Shown here piece by piece: positions 10,135 through 21,256 of a stretch of DNA of 64,000 bases. The number at the start of each line of letters is the position of its first letter. The stretch's first letter is position 1. The translations under genes and the position numbers were made by a program. The DNA is from an uncultured Methanomicrobiales archaeon (GTDB taxonomy: Archaea; Halobacteriota; Methanomicrobia; Methanomicrobiales; Methanospirillaceae), in NCBI GenBank assembly GCA_963758915.1, contig CAVWXH010000010.1, forward strand, positions 96,001 through 160,000, written 5' to 3'. The notes under the pieces are model-generated. The model made no database searches. It saw only the letters and a list, made by a program, of their open reading frames with translations, and was not told where the DNA came from.

Positions 10135-10210
10135 AGGTTTCCACTCTTACGCATTCTTTGTATGAGGTGAGAATTTAGTCTTTTCCAGTGATGACAAAAT
10201 GTGTAACGAA

Positions 10211-10295
10211 TGCGAGGGAGGTGATTCGAACACCTGAACCCCTTCGAGAATGGACCCTAAACCCATCGCCTTTGACCAGGCTCGGCAACCCTCGC
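10211..10295 (-). tRNA. tRNA-Leu(UAG)
   Basis: Reverse complement GCGAGGGTTGCCGAGCCTGGTCAAAGGCG-ATGGG-TTTAGGG-TCCAT, long variable arm, GTTCGAATC. Confidence 0.93.
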
Positions 10296-10474
10296 AACAC
10301 TAGATATCTGATCGGGCTTTATTTATTGTATTCTCACTTCCCGTTGTCGTTGTCCCTCATGGCAACACCCCCGGGTATTTGCCAGTTCGTCCATTTCCCG
10401 TCGAAGGTGTTCAGTGCATGAGGCTGCCATGGGGACCAGAAGCGCTGGTACGCATTTTTCCGCAATACCCGGGG

Positions 10475-11518
10475 CTAATGCGCCTCTGTCCCGGTATTAC
10501 CGCCAGCCCGGCAGGCTTCATGGTCCCCTTTAAGGATATGGTACCCCGTGATCAGCAGGACAAGGATTAGCGGGCCCAGGACGAACCCAACGAGTCCGAG
10601 GGTATAAAGACCCCCGACAAACCCAATCCACATGATAACAGGATGAATGCAGGTACGCCGCCCCATCAGCACCGGACGGATGAATAGATCGGGAAAGGCG
10701 CAGACAACCGGGTAACCGATAAAAAGAATGAGCAACAGGGCCGTCATATCTGATATTGATACCGCGTACACGGCGAGAAATGCCATCAGAATTGATGGTC
10801 CGAGTATGGGGACTATTTTCAGGAGACCTGCAAGAGCGCTGAAAAAGAGGACATGCTCAAAACCAAGGAAATAAAAAAATGGTAAGGCGAGAAGGAAGGT
10901 AATTATCACGATAATCAGCTGGACCACGTAAACGGCATAGAGGGTATCGACTGCCGCGTGAGTCAGGTGCCTTACCGGTTCTTTTACGTTTACCGGGAGC
11001 ATTGCGAACGATGAATGGTACAGTTCCTCTCCCTTGTAAAGGAACACGGAAAAGCTCAGGAAAAAAACCAGGAGCTGGAACCCGAGTGCCGGTATCTGCC
11101 CGATGAGCGAATCTGCCCACTGGTTAATCGTCTGGTTGCTGTTGCCAATTAGTCCGTCCAGCGCTGTCTGGTTGATGTGGAGCATCGTTGTGATGGGATT
11201 GTTCTGCCCGGGTCCTGCCCAGCTGATAATTGTCGATACGAGACTGTTGAGGAACTCCTGGTTCTGGAGTAATAATCCCACGGCAAACGCGATGACTGCA
11301 ACAAAAATTAAAAACATTATTATGGTGACAAGGGCTGCCGAAGCCTCCGCACCAATCTTCCCGGTGAACCGTTTGTGGAGTGGCAGGGCAATAACGGCAA
11401 TTGAGCCTGCGAATATAAGTGCCACCATGAGCTGCCAGAATATAATTATCGCGACAACCGCAATTGCTGCGACAAGGTACAGGGTGTAGCGGTTTCCTTC
11501 TTCTAACACACCGGGCAT
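10475..11518 (-). CDS. AI-2E family transporter (PerM/UPF0118)
   Basis: Multi-TM protein; DLFIRPVLMG, HPVIMWIGFVGG, GFVLGP. Confidence 0.9.
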   Translation of the reverse strand: MPGVLEEGNRYTLYLVAAIAVVAIIIFWQLMVALIFAGSIAVIALPLHKRFTGKIGAEASAALVTIIMFLIFVAVIAFAVGLLLQNQEFLNSLVSTIISWAGPGQNNPITTMLHINQTALDGLIGNSNQTINQWADSLIGQIPALGFQLLVFFLSFSVFLYKGEELYHSSFAMLPVNVKEPVRHLTHAAVDTLYAVYVVQLIIVIITFLLALPFFYFLGFEHVLFFSALAGLLKIVPILGPSILMAFLAVYAVSISDMTALLLILFIGYPVVCAFPDLFIRPVLMGRRTCIHPVIMWIGFVGGLYTLGLVGFVLGPLILVLLITGYHILKGDHEACRAGGNTGTEAH

Positions 11519-11741
11519 CAGGTAGTACTCTCTCCGGGATTTTTATTAAATTGTCCTCTCTAAAATCACCCGGTATGTTGTTACAATCATGGCGCAGCCA
11601 ACCCGTTTGCCGGTTGGCTGCAACCCCGGAAAAACCAATCTGTTCTTAAAATAAGCCACTGAATAGTTCAGAAGAGGGATCATTACGGAATCACAGGAGT
11701 GCAGGCTCACGGTAATCGCATTAGGGGCAATCACAATCGTC

Positions 11742-12551
11742 TTGTTTATTGGTATGGTCGTACTTGCGACCATTGCAACCGGTGAACCGGCACCAGGTCA
11801 GGCCACTGAACACTATGAAATGCAGGGGGCGCTGTTAGAGGCAGCGGCGTCCGTTGGCCAGGACCTTGCTGCGATGGACACAGCGGTTACAGACGGTGCA
11901 ACGAGGATAGGGTCAGTCGGGCTCAACGGGACTGGAACAAAGGCTGCGCTTGCGAGGATGGGCCGGTTTCCCTGGGCCGTTGACACAATAACGGTCAATG
12001 AATCAGGGTTCATTTCCATGGCCGAGCCGGAAATCTACGAGTCCGTTATCGGGGAATACCTGGGTGATCAGAAACACCTGCAGCGGCTTTACTCCGAGAA
12101 AGTGCCGGTAATGAGTGATGTTTTTCTGTCAGTCGAGGGGATACCTGCCGTTGATATCGCGTCACCAGTGTTTTCACCCGAGGGGAGATTCATCGGGGCG
12201 ACCACCCTGCTTTTCAGACCAGAACCGTTTTTTGCACAAAACACCCCAAAAAAGTCAGATGGGACCCCCTGGCATCTCATGGTAATGCAGAAAAACGGAC
12301 TTATCGTGTATGATCCTGATCAGGGACAGATCGGGAAGAATACCTTATCAGACCCGCTTTTTGAGCCGTTCCCGGAACTTACTGCACTTGCAGGGGTCAT
12401 GTCCCGGGAAAGGATGGGAAATGGTACCTATAACTTTCATGATGCAGAAGGGATGAATGTTACAAAGGAAGCGATGTGGACTACCGTTGGTATCAGGGGC
12501 ACTGAATGGCGTCTTGTCCTTATCCGAATTATCGAGCCCGCAAATTCATAA
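11742..12551 (+). CDS. Extracytoplasmic Cache-domain protein (start codon uncertain)
   Basis: PVMSDVFLSVEG...ASPVF...G...IVYDPDQGQIGKNTLSDPLF...WRL dCache pattern. Confidence 0.7.
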   Translation: MFIGMVVLATIATGEPAPGQATEHYEMQGALLEAAASVGQDLAAMDTAVTDGATRIGSVGLNGTGTKAALARMGRFPWAVDTITVNESGFISMAEPEIYESVIGEYLGDQKHLQRLYSEKVPVMSDVFLSVEGIPAVDIASPVFSPEGRFIGATTLLFRPEPFFAQNTPKKSDGTPWHLMVMQKNGLIVYDPDQGQIGKNTLSDPLFEPFPELTALAGVMSRERMGNGTYNFHDAEGMNVTKEAMWTTVGIRGTEWRLVLIRIIEPANS

Positions 12552-12738
12552 ACAGGGGAAATTGAATTACCCCAGTTATTTACCGTTCAGTAAAGCCCCG
12601 GACATGCACGTTTACCCAATCTGGATCCGGTATTCTCTCTCTTTTATGGAAAATCAGGATATTATTTATTATTTTACCTGGTGACCCAGTTATTCGTCAG
12701 GCTTTGATCCTGTTAAGATGATCCCGTCCTGCCAAGCT

Positions 12739-14322
12739 TTACAGGAACAAAAAGAGGATCAGGAGCGCTGACGTTAAGAATGCCAGCAATATGACAACCA
12801 CGGCGGACTTCCTGATTACCGCCCCCTCTATCCCGGGCTGGTCGATTACCGCCGCAGCGTTGATAATTTTGGCTGGTGCGATACCCGAAGCGATCCCGCC
12901 TGCAACCATGTGGGCCGCGTAGACGCTGGTGAAATCCAGGTTAAGGACCTGGGTGGCCTTTTGCAGGATCCCGTAAAACATCACGTTTGACGAGGTCTCG
13001 CTCCCGGAAACAAAGGACCCGAATAACCCAAGCAGGGGGCTGACAACGGGAAAGGCAATCCCGAATACCAGGGCAAGGGTATACCCGATCACGGCGTTCA
13101 TGTTGAGGTCATACGACCCCGAAACGAAAGTGAGGGTATTGTTAATAACAGTCTGGCCTGACCAGTCCATCACGTAGGCGATTGCAAAAAAGATCGCAGC
13201 GGCGAGCGTAGGGCTCCATGCCCGTTTTAACCAGAGTTTTGTGATCTCCAGGCCTTCATTCCGTGACCTGATGAGGAATGGTGCAGCGATCAGCGTGCTG
13301 ACGACCACCCAGAAATAAGCCTGGTTCATGATTTTCAGGTCAACCGCCTTGTTGGCAACCACGGTAATCTTCTGGGCATTTCCAAGAATATTATAGAGTC
13401 CTGCCTGTAGTTGAGGGAGACTGATGAAAATTACCAGTACCACAAGGAGGGCCCATGGCAGCACAGCCTTCCAGAGTGGCATAAGCGTGGGATCCCTGGC
13501 TATCGCAACATTATGCTGTGTTACTGTTCGTGCAGGAACCTTTCTGACCCTGAATGCCCGGTACAGGAAAAGGACTGCAATGGTGACAAGTCCTGCAAAT
13601 ACCCCGACAAGGCCGATTGCAGATGCAGGGAGGATATTGACAAAGACAATGGCGAAAATCCCCAGTGTGAGCCCTGCAAGGACTGCGGGGACAAAGCCTT
13701 TCCGCACACCGTCCATGCCATCCGCTACCCATAACATTCCTAATGAAAGGCCGGTGGAAATAACCGGCAGGAACAATGCGACGTTACTGCCCATAATGAC
13801 GGCATCAAACCCGAATACTGCTGCCGGAAGGGTGATGGGGACCGCGAGGAGCGAAAATGACGTGAGCGGGTCATACCCTAGGCATGGCAGGGCAACGGAT
13901 GCAACCGGGGAGAAGCCCAGCGCTATCATGATCGGCGGGAGCATGGTAACGGGGGTTGCCCCGATTGAAACGAGGAACGAACCGAACCCCACGTTCAGGA
14001 TCATGATCTGTTCGTACCGTTCTGCTGCAATTGACCTGATATATTCAGAAATACTCCGGATCGCACCCGTCAGGTCCATCATCGTGACCTGGAGGATGGT
14101 AAAGAGGACCATCAGGGATATACCAAACGAAGCCAGGATCCCACTTGCAGAGGCATAAAGGGCAATTGCAGGTGAGGTATTGAAGAACATAACCGCGACG
14201 AGCATCGTGAGGAGCCAGCCAATCACTGCCATCAGGGTACCTGACTGTTTCAGAACTACAATACCCACAAAAATAATAATAATGGGTAAAATCGCAAGGA
14301 AAAAAAGGATTATCGAATTCAA
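12739..14322 (-). CDS. lctP: L-lactate permease family transporter
   Basis: SPLLGLFGSFVSGSETSSNVMFYGILQ, IAPAKI; ~14 TM helices. Confidence 0.85.
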   Translation of the reverse strand: MNSIILFFLAILPIIIIFVGIVVLKQSGTLMAVIGWLLTMLVAVMFFNTSPAIALYASASGILASFGISLMVLFTILQVTMMDLTGAIRSISEYIRSIAAERYEQIMILNVGFGSFLVSIGATPVTMLPPIMIALGFSPVASVALPCLGYDPLTSFSLLAVPITLPAAVFGFDAVIMGSNVALFLPVISTGLSLGMLWVADGMDGVRKGFVPAVLAGLTLGIFAIVFVNILPASAIGLVGVFAGLVTIAVLFLYRAFRVRKVPARTVTQHNVAIARDPTLMPLWKAVLPWALLVVLVIFISLPQLQAGLYNILGNAQKITVVANKAVDLKIMNQAYFWVVVSTLIAAPFLIRSRNEGLEITKLWLKRAWSPTLAAAIFFAIAYVMDWSGQTVINNTLTFVSGSYDLNMNAVIGYTLALVFGIAFPVVSPLLGLFGSFVSGSETSSNVMFYGILQKATQVLNLDFTSVYAAHMVAGGIASGIAPAKIINAAAVIDQPGIEGAVIRKSAVVVILLAFLTSALLILFLFL

Positions 14323-14954
14323 CAGTATGCCAGTCCTTCTACTAATTTCCTATGCAGTCACATAACTATTTTGGAATGTTCCACGAACCCGGGGTTTATT
14401 CATCCTGGGGCGCCCTTGAAAGAGTCCTGTTATAGTATCGGCGCACAGAGAGGTGCCGGGTATATGCCGGGATGAAAAAATTATGAAATGTCGTATGGTC
14501 CCCCTGCGTTTCGGATGGATCTCTGCATACTGCATCATGCTGGCTGGTTCTCGCTGCCTCCGGTTCCGGAATGCCGTTCATATTTACGCGGCAGGATTAT
14601 TCTGCCGGGGTGCTTACCAGCGGTTGTTCCTGATTGCATCATGCCAGGCCTTCCGGGCACGGGCAAAGGTACCCCGCAATGATGGTCTTTCCAGGTACCG
14701 CATGAACAGGTGGAGTCTCCGGTCGTCTTGTTGTTTCATTTCAGTTCATCCCACGGGTTATTTTTCGCCTGTTACCGTCTCCCGGTACTTCCGGCTCCTG
14801 AGGGAGAATCTTCTCTGTATATTTTTTCGGCGGTTTCATATCAGCCTGGAGGCTCCAATCTTTCTGTTACCCCGCGGTGAAATAAAAACATCCAAATATC
14901 TGCCCACTTACTTCTTACCTGAGGGGTGAACCCGGGAATTATCCGGTCTCCATT

Positions 14955-16424
14955 ATGTTTGAGCTGTATAACCTCAACGCAACCGTTGATGAAAAAACTA
15001 TTGATAAGACCCTTCCCGGAATTAAGGAGCATCTGGGGGAACTCCAACGTGCCTGCCGCGATAATGGCATACCGGTCGTGATCCTGATTGAAGGGTGGAA
15101 CGCATCCGGCATCACATCGGTTTCCGGTGAAATTGTCCAGGCGATTGATCCCCGTGGCTATAACCTCTATTCGATCGGTACGCCAACTGACGAGGAAAAA
15201 GCGCATAACCTGATCTGGCGTTTTTTTATTAAAACCCCTGCAAAAGGCAGAATTGCAATTTTTGCCAGGAGCTGGTACAGCCGTACCCTTGCAGAACAGC
15301 TGAGCGGCCTCAACTGGAATGAACGGCTGAAGGAATCCACCTCGGCAATACGTAACTTTGAGCGCCAGCTCGTTGATGACGGGACACTGGTCCTCAAGTT
15401 TTTCCTCCATATCAGCAAGGAGGAGCAGCGGAAGCGGATGATCGAACGGGAGAGGGATACCCTTACCGGGTGGATGATCACAAGGGGGGACTGGGATTTT
15501 CACCACCATTATGACCTTTACCTTCCCGTGATCGAGCAGATCATTGAAGAGACCGATACCCCGTTTGCACCGTGGACAATCGTTGAGGCGACCAACCCGG
15601 CATATGCGGGTTTCAAAGTTATTTCAAGGATCACAAAGGTCCTGGAAAGACGGGTTTCCGGGAAAGAGCCAGCTGGTAAAAATTACAGGGACGGATCCCC
15701 GAAACATAAAAAGCGCCTTGATGTTGATAAGGCCGACCTGACAAAAACCACTGTAAAACAGGACTACTCCGGGCAGCTCAAAGAGTACCAGGACCAGGTC
15801 AGGGAGGCCCAGTACCTGCTCTATAAGCGGAAGGTACCCCTGATTATCGTATATGAGGGGTGGGACGCCGCCGGGAAGGGGGGAAATATCCTCCGCCTTA
15901 CCGCGAGTATGAACCCACGGGGGTACGAAGTCGTCCCGGTTTCCAGGCCGAATGACTACGAACTGTCGCACCATTACCTCTGGAGATTTTATTCCCGCTT
16001 CCCAAAAGCAGGTCATATTACCCTGTTTGACCGTAGCTGGTACGGGAGGGTGCTTGTTGAGCGGGTCGAAGGGTTTTGTTCCGAACCTGAATGGAAACGG
16101 GCCTTCAATGAGATCAACGAGATGGAACGGAATTTCGTATATGAAGGTGGTGGGATAGTAAAGTTCTGGCTTGAAATTGACCGGGACGAACAGCTTGCAA
16201 GGTTCCGCCAGCGGGAAACGGACTCGAAGAAGCAATGGAAGATCACGGATGAGGACTGGAGGAACAGGGAGAAGTGGGGTGAATACCGGGATGCTGTCAA
16301 TGAAATGTTTGCAAAAACAGATACCCCTGTTGCACCATGGACACTCGTTGAGTCGAATGATAAATTTTATGCACGGTTAAAGACCCTGCAGACCACCATC
16401 GATTACGTGGGGGCACTCCTGTAG
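14955..16424 (+). CDS. Polyphosphate:AMP phosphotransferase (tandem PPK2)
   Basis: Two PPK2 domains; EGWDAAGKGG, FDRSWYGRVLVERVEG, WKITDEDWRNR. Confidence 0.9.
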   Translation: MFELYNLNATVDEKTIDKTLPGIKEHLGELQRACRDNGIPVVILIEGWNASGITSVSGEIVQAIDPRGYNLYSIGTPTDEEKAHNLIWRFFIKTPAKGRIAIFARSWYSRTLAEQLSGLNWNERLKESTSAIRNFERQLVDDGTLVLKFFLHISKEEQRKRMIERERDTLTGWMITRGDWDFHHHYDLYLPVIEQIIEETDTPFAPWTIVEATNPAYAGFKVISRITKVLERRVSGKEPAGKNYRDGSPKHKKRLDVDKADLTKTTVKQDYSGQLKEYQDQVREAQYLLYKRKVPLIIVYEGWDAAGKGGNILRLTASMNPRGYEVVPVSRPNDYELSHHYLWRFYSRFPKAGHITLFDRSWYGRVLVERVEGFCSEPEWKRAFNEINEMERNFVYEGGGIVKFWLEIDRDEQLARFRQRETDSKKQWKITDEDWRNREKWGEYRDAVNEMFAKTDTPVAPWTLVESNDKFYARLKTLQTTIDYVGALL

Positions 16425-16492
16425 CCGCAGGTAGTTGCACAAGCGTAGTCCCTGCCGGGGCGGTGCTCACCAGCAACCCGGTGTGCAGGTTG

Positions 16493-16702
16493 CTAATCGA
16501 ATAGTTCAGCCTTGAAACGGGGCTTTCTCCCGGTTTCGCCACGTTCTGTGTCCCTGGACTGTTTTGGTTTAGCCTCCGGTACAGGCAGGATAGCGGGTGA
16601 ACAGAGGAGCACGAGACCGCAGACCTCTTTTTTTGGAGAAAACAGCATGCAGGGCTCTCCAACGCATTCCAGTTTGTCAAAAGGACAGAGTTTTCTTTTC
16701 AT
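16493..16702 (-). CDS. Small Cys-rich hypothetical protein
   Basis: CPF...C...CM....C pattern, 69 aa. Confidence 0.55.
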   Translation of the reverse strand: MKRKLCPFDKLECVGEPCMLFSPKKEVCGLVLLCSPAILPVPEAKPKQSRDTERGETGRKPRFKAELFD

Positions 16703-16910
16703 CAGGTAATCAGACTCCGCTGAATCGTTATGGTACTCTCATTTTTACCGCTATTCAAGTACGTGTTAAATACCTGTACAGGATACATTCTTGATATAAC
16801 CCCCGGGAAAACAGGAAAATGGCCCGTGCAAATTATTATGACCCTGCATAAGGGGCTGCACGGGAGATGAAAATTCCCATGATCCGGAAAGAAAAAATCC
16901 CTGTTATGGA

Positions 16911-17573
16911 GTGATCTACATTTCGAATGAGAACGAAACCGTAAAGCAAATCGGATTTGGGAAGAACAGGATTGAATCCCTGAGTGACTGTATATTCGCC
17001 TTCGCGATGACATTACTGGCCATCGGGATTGAAGTCCCCGCGGATGTCAACGGGTTCACTCCTGCTCTTGTCCAGTCAACGCTGATGGAACTGTTCCCGG
17101 ATTTTGTTCATTTTATCATTGCATTCCTCCTGATAGCTGCGTTATGGGTTATGCACCATATGCAGTTTCACAAGATCCATTATGTGGACCATAACCTTCT
17201 CTGGATGACCATCGGATCACTCCTCTTTGTAGTGGTTATCCCGTTTTCTACAGATCTGATTGGAGATTTCCCTGCCAATCCCCTTTGCGCGTTCATTTTT
17301 GAACTGAACCTGCTGATAACCAGCTCTCTCTTCTACCTGCAATGGAGGTATGCTACTGCCAACCGCCACCTTATTGACCCCTCAATAAGTGACCAGACGA
17401 TCAGGGCCGGGAAACAACGTGCCGCCGTGATACCTGCCCTTTCAGCCGTGGGAATTATACTAGCTTTTGCAGGCGTCCCGTGGAGTACCCTGGTATACGT
17501 GTTCGCACCCATGGTATTCCTCGTAATACATCTGTATGGCCCGAAATTACCTGGTGGGAGCTGGGGGTTCTGA
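16911..17573 (+). CDS. TMEM175/DUF1211 family K+ channel
   Basis: RIESLSDCIFAFAMTLL, WVMHH, IPFST. Confidence 0.9.
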   Translation: MIYISNENETVKQIGFGKNRIESLSDCIFAFAMTLLAIGIEVPADVNGFTPALVQSTLMELFPDFVHFIIAFLLIAALWVMHHMQFHKIHYVDHNLLWMTIGSLLFVVVIPFSTDLIGDFPANPLCAFIFELNLLITSSLFYLQWRYATANRHLIDPSISDQTIRAGKQRAAVIPALSAVGIILAFAGVPWSTLVYVFAPMVFLVIHLYGPKLPGGSWGF

Positions 17574-17649
17574 CGTCACTACTTCTTAGTGCCTGTGAAA
17601 AATAGTTATGTCCCTTCATTTTTCAGGGGTCTCCCCCTTTTGCAGTGGC

Positions 17650-18117
17650 CTACCGCTTTGCAAACCGCAGGGAAGCGGAATTCATGCAATACCGTTTATG
17701 CGTCGGTGGCGGACCATCATCAAATACATGCCCGAGATGGGCTGCACATCGTGTGCAGAGTACCTCGGTCCGCACCATCCCGCCTGTCTTGTCGACCGTG
17801 GTCTTCACGTTCAGGTCTGATATCGGGGCATAAAAACTCGGCCACCCGGTACCTGAGCGGAATTTTGCATCTGAAGAGAAGAGATCCGTGCCACAGCAGA
17901 CACAATGGTAGGTCCCCTTTTCGTGGAAATCATCGTACTTGTTCGAAAACGGGGGTTCGGTCCCTGCTTTCCGCGCAATTCCGAACTGGTCCCTGGTAAG
18001 GATGGCACTCCATTCCTCGTCTGTCTTCTCCATCCGGTCAAGGAGCTCAACACGTCCTGTTTTCTCCACGAATATTGGTACTTTATTATCCATAGCTCCG
18101 GCCTGGTTAGATGACAT
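17650..18117 (-). CDS. msrB: Peptide-methionine (R)-S-oxide reductase
   Basis: GTEPPF, GTGWPSF, RTEVLC, HLGHVFDDGP, RYCMNS. Confidence 0.97.
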   Translation of the reverse strand: MSSNQAGAMDNKVPIFVEKTGRVELLDRMEKTDEEWSAILTRDQFGIARKAGTEPPFSNKYDDFHEKGTYHCVCCGTDLFSSDAKFRSGTGWPSFYAPISDLNVKTTVDKTGGMVRTEVLCTRCAAHLGHVFDDGPPPTHKRYCMNSASLRFAKR

Positions 18118-18311
18118 CCGGTCCTCCGGTTATGAGCAGTGGTCTATCGCATTATTAATATCTTTTTATCTGGCTATATCACCAGCCTGTAACGGGATAA
18201 TTACCCGTCAGGCTGCACCTTAAAAGGGAGTACATAATTGGCATGACGGTAAAGGATGAAGAAGAGCGCGGGGATAAGCCTGGTACTTGTTACGTGTGAA
18301 GGGGTTTGTGA

Positions 18312-18812
18312 ATGCCATTATTGCAGGGATTACCGTTTGAATCCGGTGGTAATCCACGTGTACTGATCCTTGGTAGTTTTCCAAGTCCGCTCTCGCTTGA
18401 GGCAGGAGAGTATTACGCAAATCCAAGGAACCAGTTCTGGAACATCATAGAGGTACACCTCGGTATTTCAAAGGGGTTACCATATACGGAAAAGCTCGCG
18501 GGCCTGAAGATGAACGATATCGCGATCTGGGACGTGATTTTCTCCTGTGAGCGTCGTGGGGCAATGGACACGGCCATCAGGAATGCCACCCTGAACGATA
18601 TCCCACTCTTTCTTGATGACAATCCGACGGTCAGGATGGTGATTGCCAATGGTGCCACGGCAGGAAGGTATCTTGGGAAATTCAGGCAGGTCTGGCGCTC
18701 CCAGGCGGATATTCATATCCTCCCCTCGACGAGCCCGGCCAATGCCCGGACCCCGTTTGCTGAAAAATTAAGCGCCTGGAAAGTTATGCTGGGGGTGATA
18801 CATAGTTCATAA
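18312..18812 (+). CDS. Uracil-DNA glycosylase superfamily, DNA-deoxyinosine glycosylase type
   Basis: LILGSFPS, YYANPRNQFW, LPSTSPANA. Confidence 0.88.
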   Translation: MPLLQGLPFESGGNPRVLILGSFPSPLSLEAGEYYANPRNQFWNIIEVHLGISKGLPYTEKLAGLKMNDIAIWDVIFSCERRGAMDTAIRNATLNDIPLFLDDNPTVRMVIANGATAGRYLGKFRQVWRSQADIHILPSTSPANARTPFAEKLSAWKVMLGVIHSS

Positions 18813-18925
18813 AAAAGAGCCTGAATAATGATCCCCTGGAATGTTTTCAACCGGAACGACCAGGACCAGAACCTATTAATGGGTGGCAGTAAACCGGATT
18901 AAATGAACAGGTTGGGAGAGTGAAT

Positions 18926-19594
18926 ATGAAGATTATAGGTCTAAACGGAAGCCCACACGGGAAAAACAGCCAGACGCTGCGCCTTGTGATGAAGGTACTC
19001 GAAGGGGCGAAGGACTCAGGTGCGGATATCGAATATACTGACCTCTGCGAACTTGAGATCAATTTCTGTACCGGATGTGGTGTATGCTATGCAAAAGGGG
19101 ATTGCATCAGTGCTGATGACTATCAGGAACTGCTTGAAAAGATCCTTGTTGCAGATGGGATCGTTCTCGGCTCACCGAATTACATCAATAACGTGACGGC
19201 CCAGGTCAAGGTAGTCCTTGACCGGATGGCAGACGTGATCCACTGCCAGATGCTTTCAGGGAAGTACGGTTGCTCAGTGTCGACGGCAGGCGGGTCCGGT
19301 GCAGAAGAAGTGGCAGCGTATCTCAACCGCTCACTTCAGCAGATGGGTGCTACGACCGTTGGCCTTGTCGGGGTGAATATCCTTGGCAATCCGGCAGCTA
19401 TTTCCAACCGGGAGAACGAGGCCTATAACCTTGGAACCGTGCTCGCAGATGCGATCATTAACCACGAGGAATACCCTGAGCAGGAGAAACTTCACCGGGA
19501 GCGGGCTGAATATATGAAAAACCTTGTCCTCATGAACAAGGACACCTGGACCCACGAGTACGAGTTCTGGAAAGAAACCGGGAAAATCAACTAA
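18926..19594 (+). CDS. Iron-sulfur flavoprotein / flavodoxin family
   Basis: GLNGSP, CxxCxxCx5C (CTGCGVCYAKGDC), GSPNY. Confidence 0.9.
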   Translation: MKIIGLNGSPHGKNSQTLRLVMKVLEGAKDSGADIEYTDLCELEINFCTGCGVCYAKGDCISADDYQELLEKILVADGIVLGSPNYINNVTAQVKVVLDRMADVIHCQMLSGKYGCSVSTAGGSGAEEVAAYLNRSLQQMGATTVGLVGVNILGNPAAISNRENEAYNLGTVLADAIINHEEYPEQEKLHRERAEYMKNLVLMNKDTWTHEYEFWKETGKIN

Positions 19595-19757
19595 ACCCCG
19601 GGATTTTTTCTTCGTATCCGGGGTTTGTAGACTCCTGTTTCCGGTAGTCTCCCTGTTGTGATACAGCGTGGTGGGTTGCTGGTAAAACAGCCGGCGTTTC
19701 GGTAACCCGGTAATCCTGAAACTATAAACCCGTACGGAGGAGATAGTATACCGTCAA

Positions 19758-21188
19758 ATGTCCCTCCCTGCCAGTCATACTCCGGCGGATACAAAAAACC
19801 CCCGGTTCATGGCATTTATCGTTTTTGCCGCTATTTTTATGGCAGTCCTCGACGGCAATGTGGTGAATATCGCACTACCCACAATTACCTCCTATTTCGG
19901 GGTGGATGTGACCTACTCCCAGTGGGTCGTCACCGCGTACCTCGTGACACTGACAAGTCTTCTCCTCATATTCGGGAGGGTGTCGGAGTATGTCGGGAGG
20001 GGGCGGATGTTTATTCTCGGGTTTGTAGTTTTTACCCTCGGATCGCTTGCCTGCGGCCTTGCGCCTGACCTCCCCGTCCTGATTATGTTCCGGGTTGTCC
20101 AGGCAACGGGTGCTGCAATGCTGTTCTCCATCTCGAGTGCGATCATTTACCAGCTGTATCCCCGCGGAGAGCAGGGAAAATCCATGGGGTATGTCGGCGC
20201 CACCGTCGCCATTGGCAGCATCGCCGGGCCGGTACTTGGGGGTTTCCTTGTTGATACGCTTGGATGGCAGTATATCTTCCTGATCAATGTCCCGATCGGT
20301 GCGGTGCTCATACCGGTCGCAATGAAATATTTCGGTTCGGGTGGCCCTGTCAAAAAAGATATCAGGATGGACTGGACCGGGGCCGTCACGATGGTCATCT
20401 TCATGGTATCCTTAATGCTCGCCCTGTCATCCCTTGCAGCGGACCTCGCGGTTACCCCGCCTGTAGCGTTCTATACCGCTATTTTCCTGGCCTCGTTTAC
20501 CCTCTTCCTTCTCACGGAGCGGAGGGTGTCAAATCCCCTTCTGGACCTCTCAATTTTCCGCGTACCTGCATTCTGCCTGCCAGTCCTTGCCACCGCATTA
20601 TATTTCATCGCTCTCTTCATGGTGAATATCCTCGGCCCGTTCTATTTTGAGGGGGTCCTCAATCTCCTGCCCTCGCAGGTCGGCCTGGTGTTCCTCATAA
20701 TCCCCGTGATCATGGTAGTGGGCTCCCCCGTGGCGGGATGGCTCTATGACAACCATTATTCCCCGTATTATGCGGCAGTTGGTATGGCCGTTACGACAGG
20801 CTCTTTGCTCCTGCTGGCCGTCCTTTCCACGAGGATGGACCTGTTCCTGATTGTGCTGGCATTTATCCCCATGACCATCGGGATGGTCCTGTTCCAGAGT
20901 CCCAATAATACCGAGATCATGAGTTCCCTTCCGGCTGAAAAAATCGGTATTGCATCAAGTGTCAGTGCGACGGTAAGGAATCTCGGTATGGCGCTTGGTG
21001 TTTCGCTGGCAAGTATCCTGTTATCGATCAGTACCAGCCATGCAGGATACTCAGGGCCGGTACTCCTGGCCGGACCGGTAATCCTCTCTTCGGCATTTTC
21101 CCTGATCATGGTGGTTTCTGCGGTGCTTACCCTCCTTGCCGCCGGGGTATCATTGCTCCGGGCGGGAATAGCAAAAAAAGAGGCCTGA
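19758..21188 (+). CDS. MFS drug-resistance transporter (EmrB/QacA, DHA2)
   Basis: LDGNVVNIALP, GPVLGGFL, WQYIFLINVPIG, FQSPNN. Confidence 0.92.
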   Translation: MSLPASHTPADTKNPRFMAFIVFAAIFMAVLDGNVVNIALPTITSYFGVDVTYSQWVVTAYLVTLTSLLLIFGRVSEYVGRGRMFILGFVVFTLGSLACGLAPDLPVLIMFRVVQATGAAMLFSISSAIIYQLYPRGEQGKSMGYVGATVAIGSIAGPVLGGFLVDTLGWQYIFLINVPIGAVLIPVAMKYFGSGGPVKKDIRMDWTGAVTMVIFMVSLMLALSSLAADLAVTPPVAFYTAIFLASFTLFLLTERRVSNPLLDLSIFRVPAFCLPVLATALYFIALFMVNILGPFYFEGVLNLLPSQVGLVFLIIPVIMVVGSPVAGWLYDNHYSPYYAAVGMAVTTGSLLLLAVLSTRMDLFLIVLAFIPMTIGMVLFQSPNNTEIMSSLPAEKIGIASSVSATVRNLGMALGVSLASILLSISTSHAGYSGPVLLAGPVILSSAFSLIMVVSAVLTLLAAGVSLLRAGIAKKEA

Positions 21189-21256
21189 TATGACCTGTAG
21201 CGGCGGGGGATAAAAAAAATCCGGTTCGATTTTTATGGTAACAGATTAACTATTTG

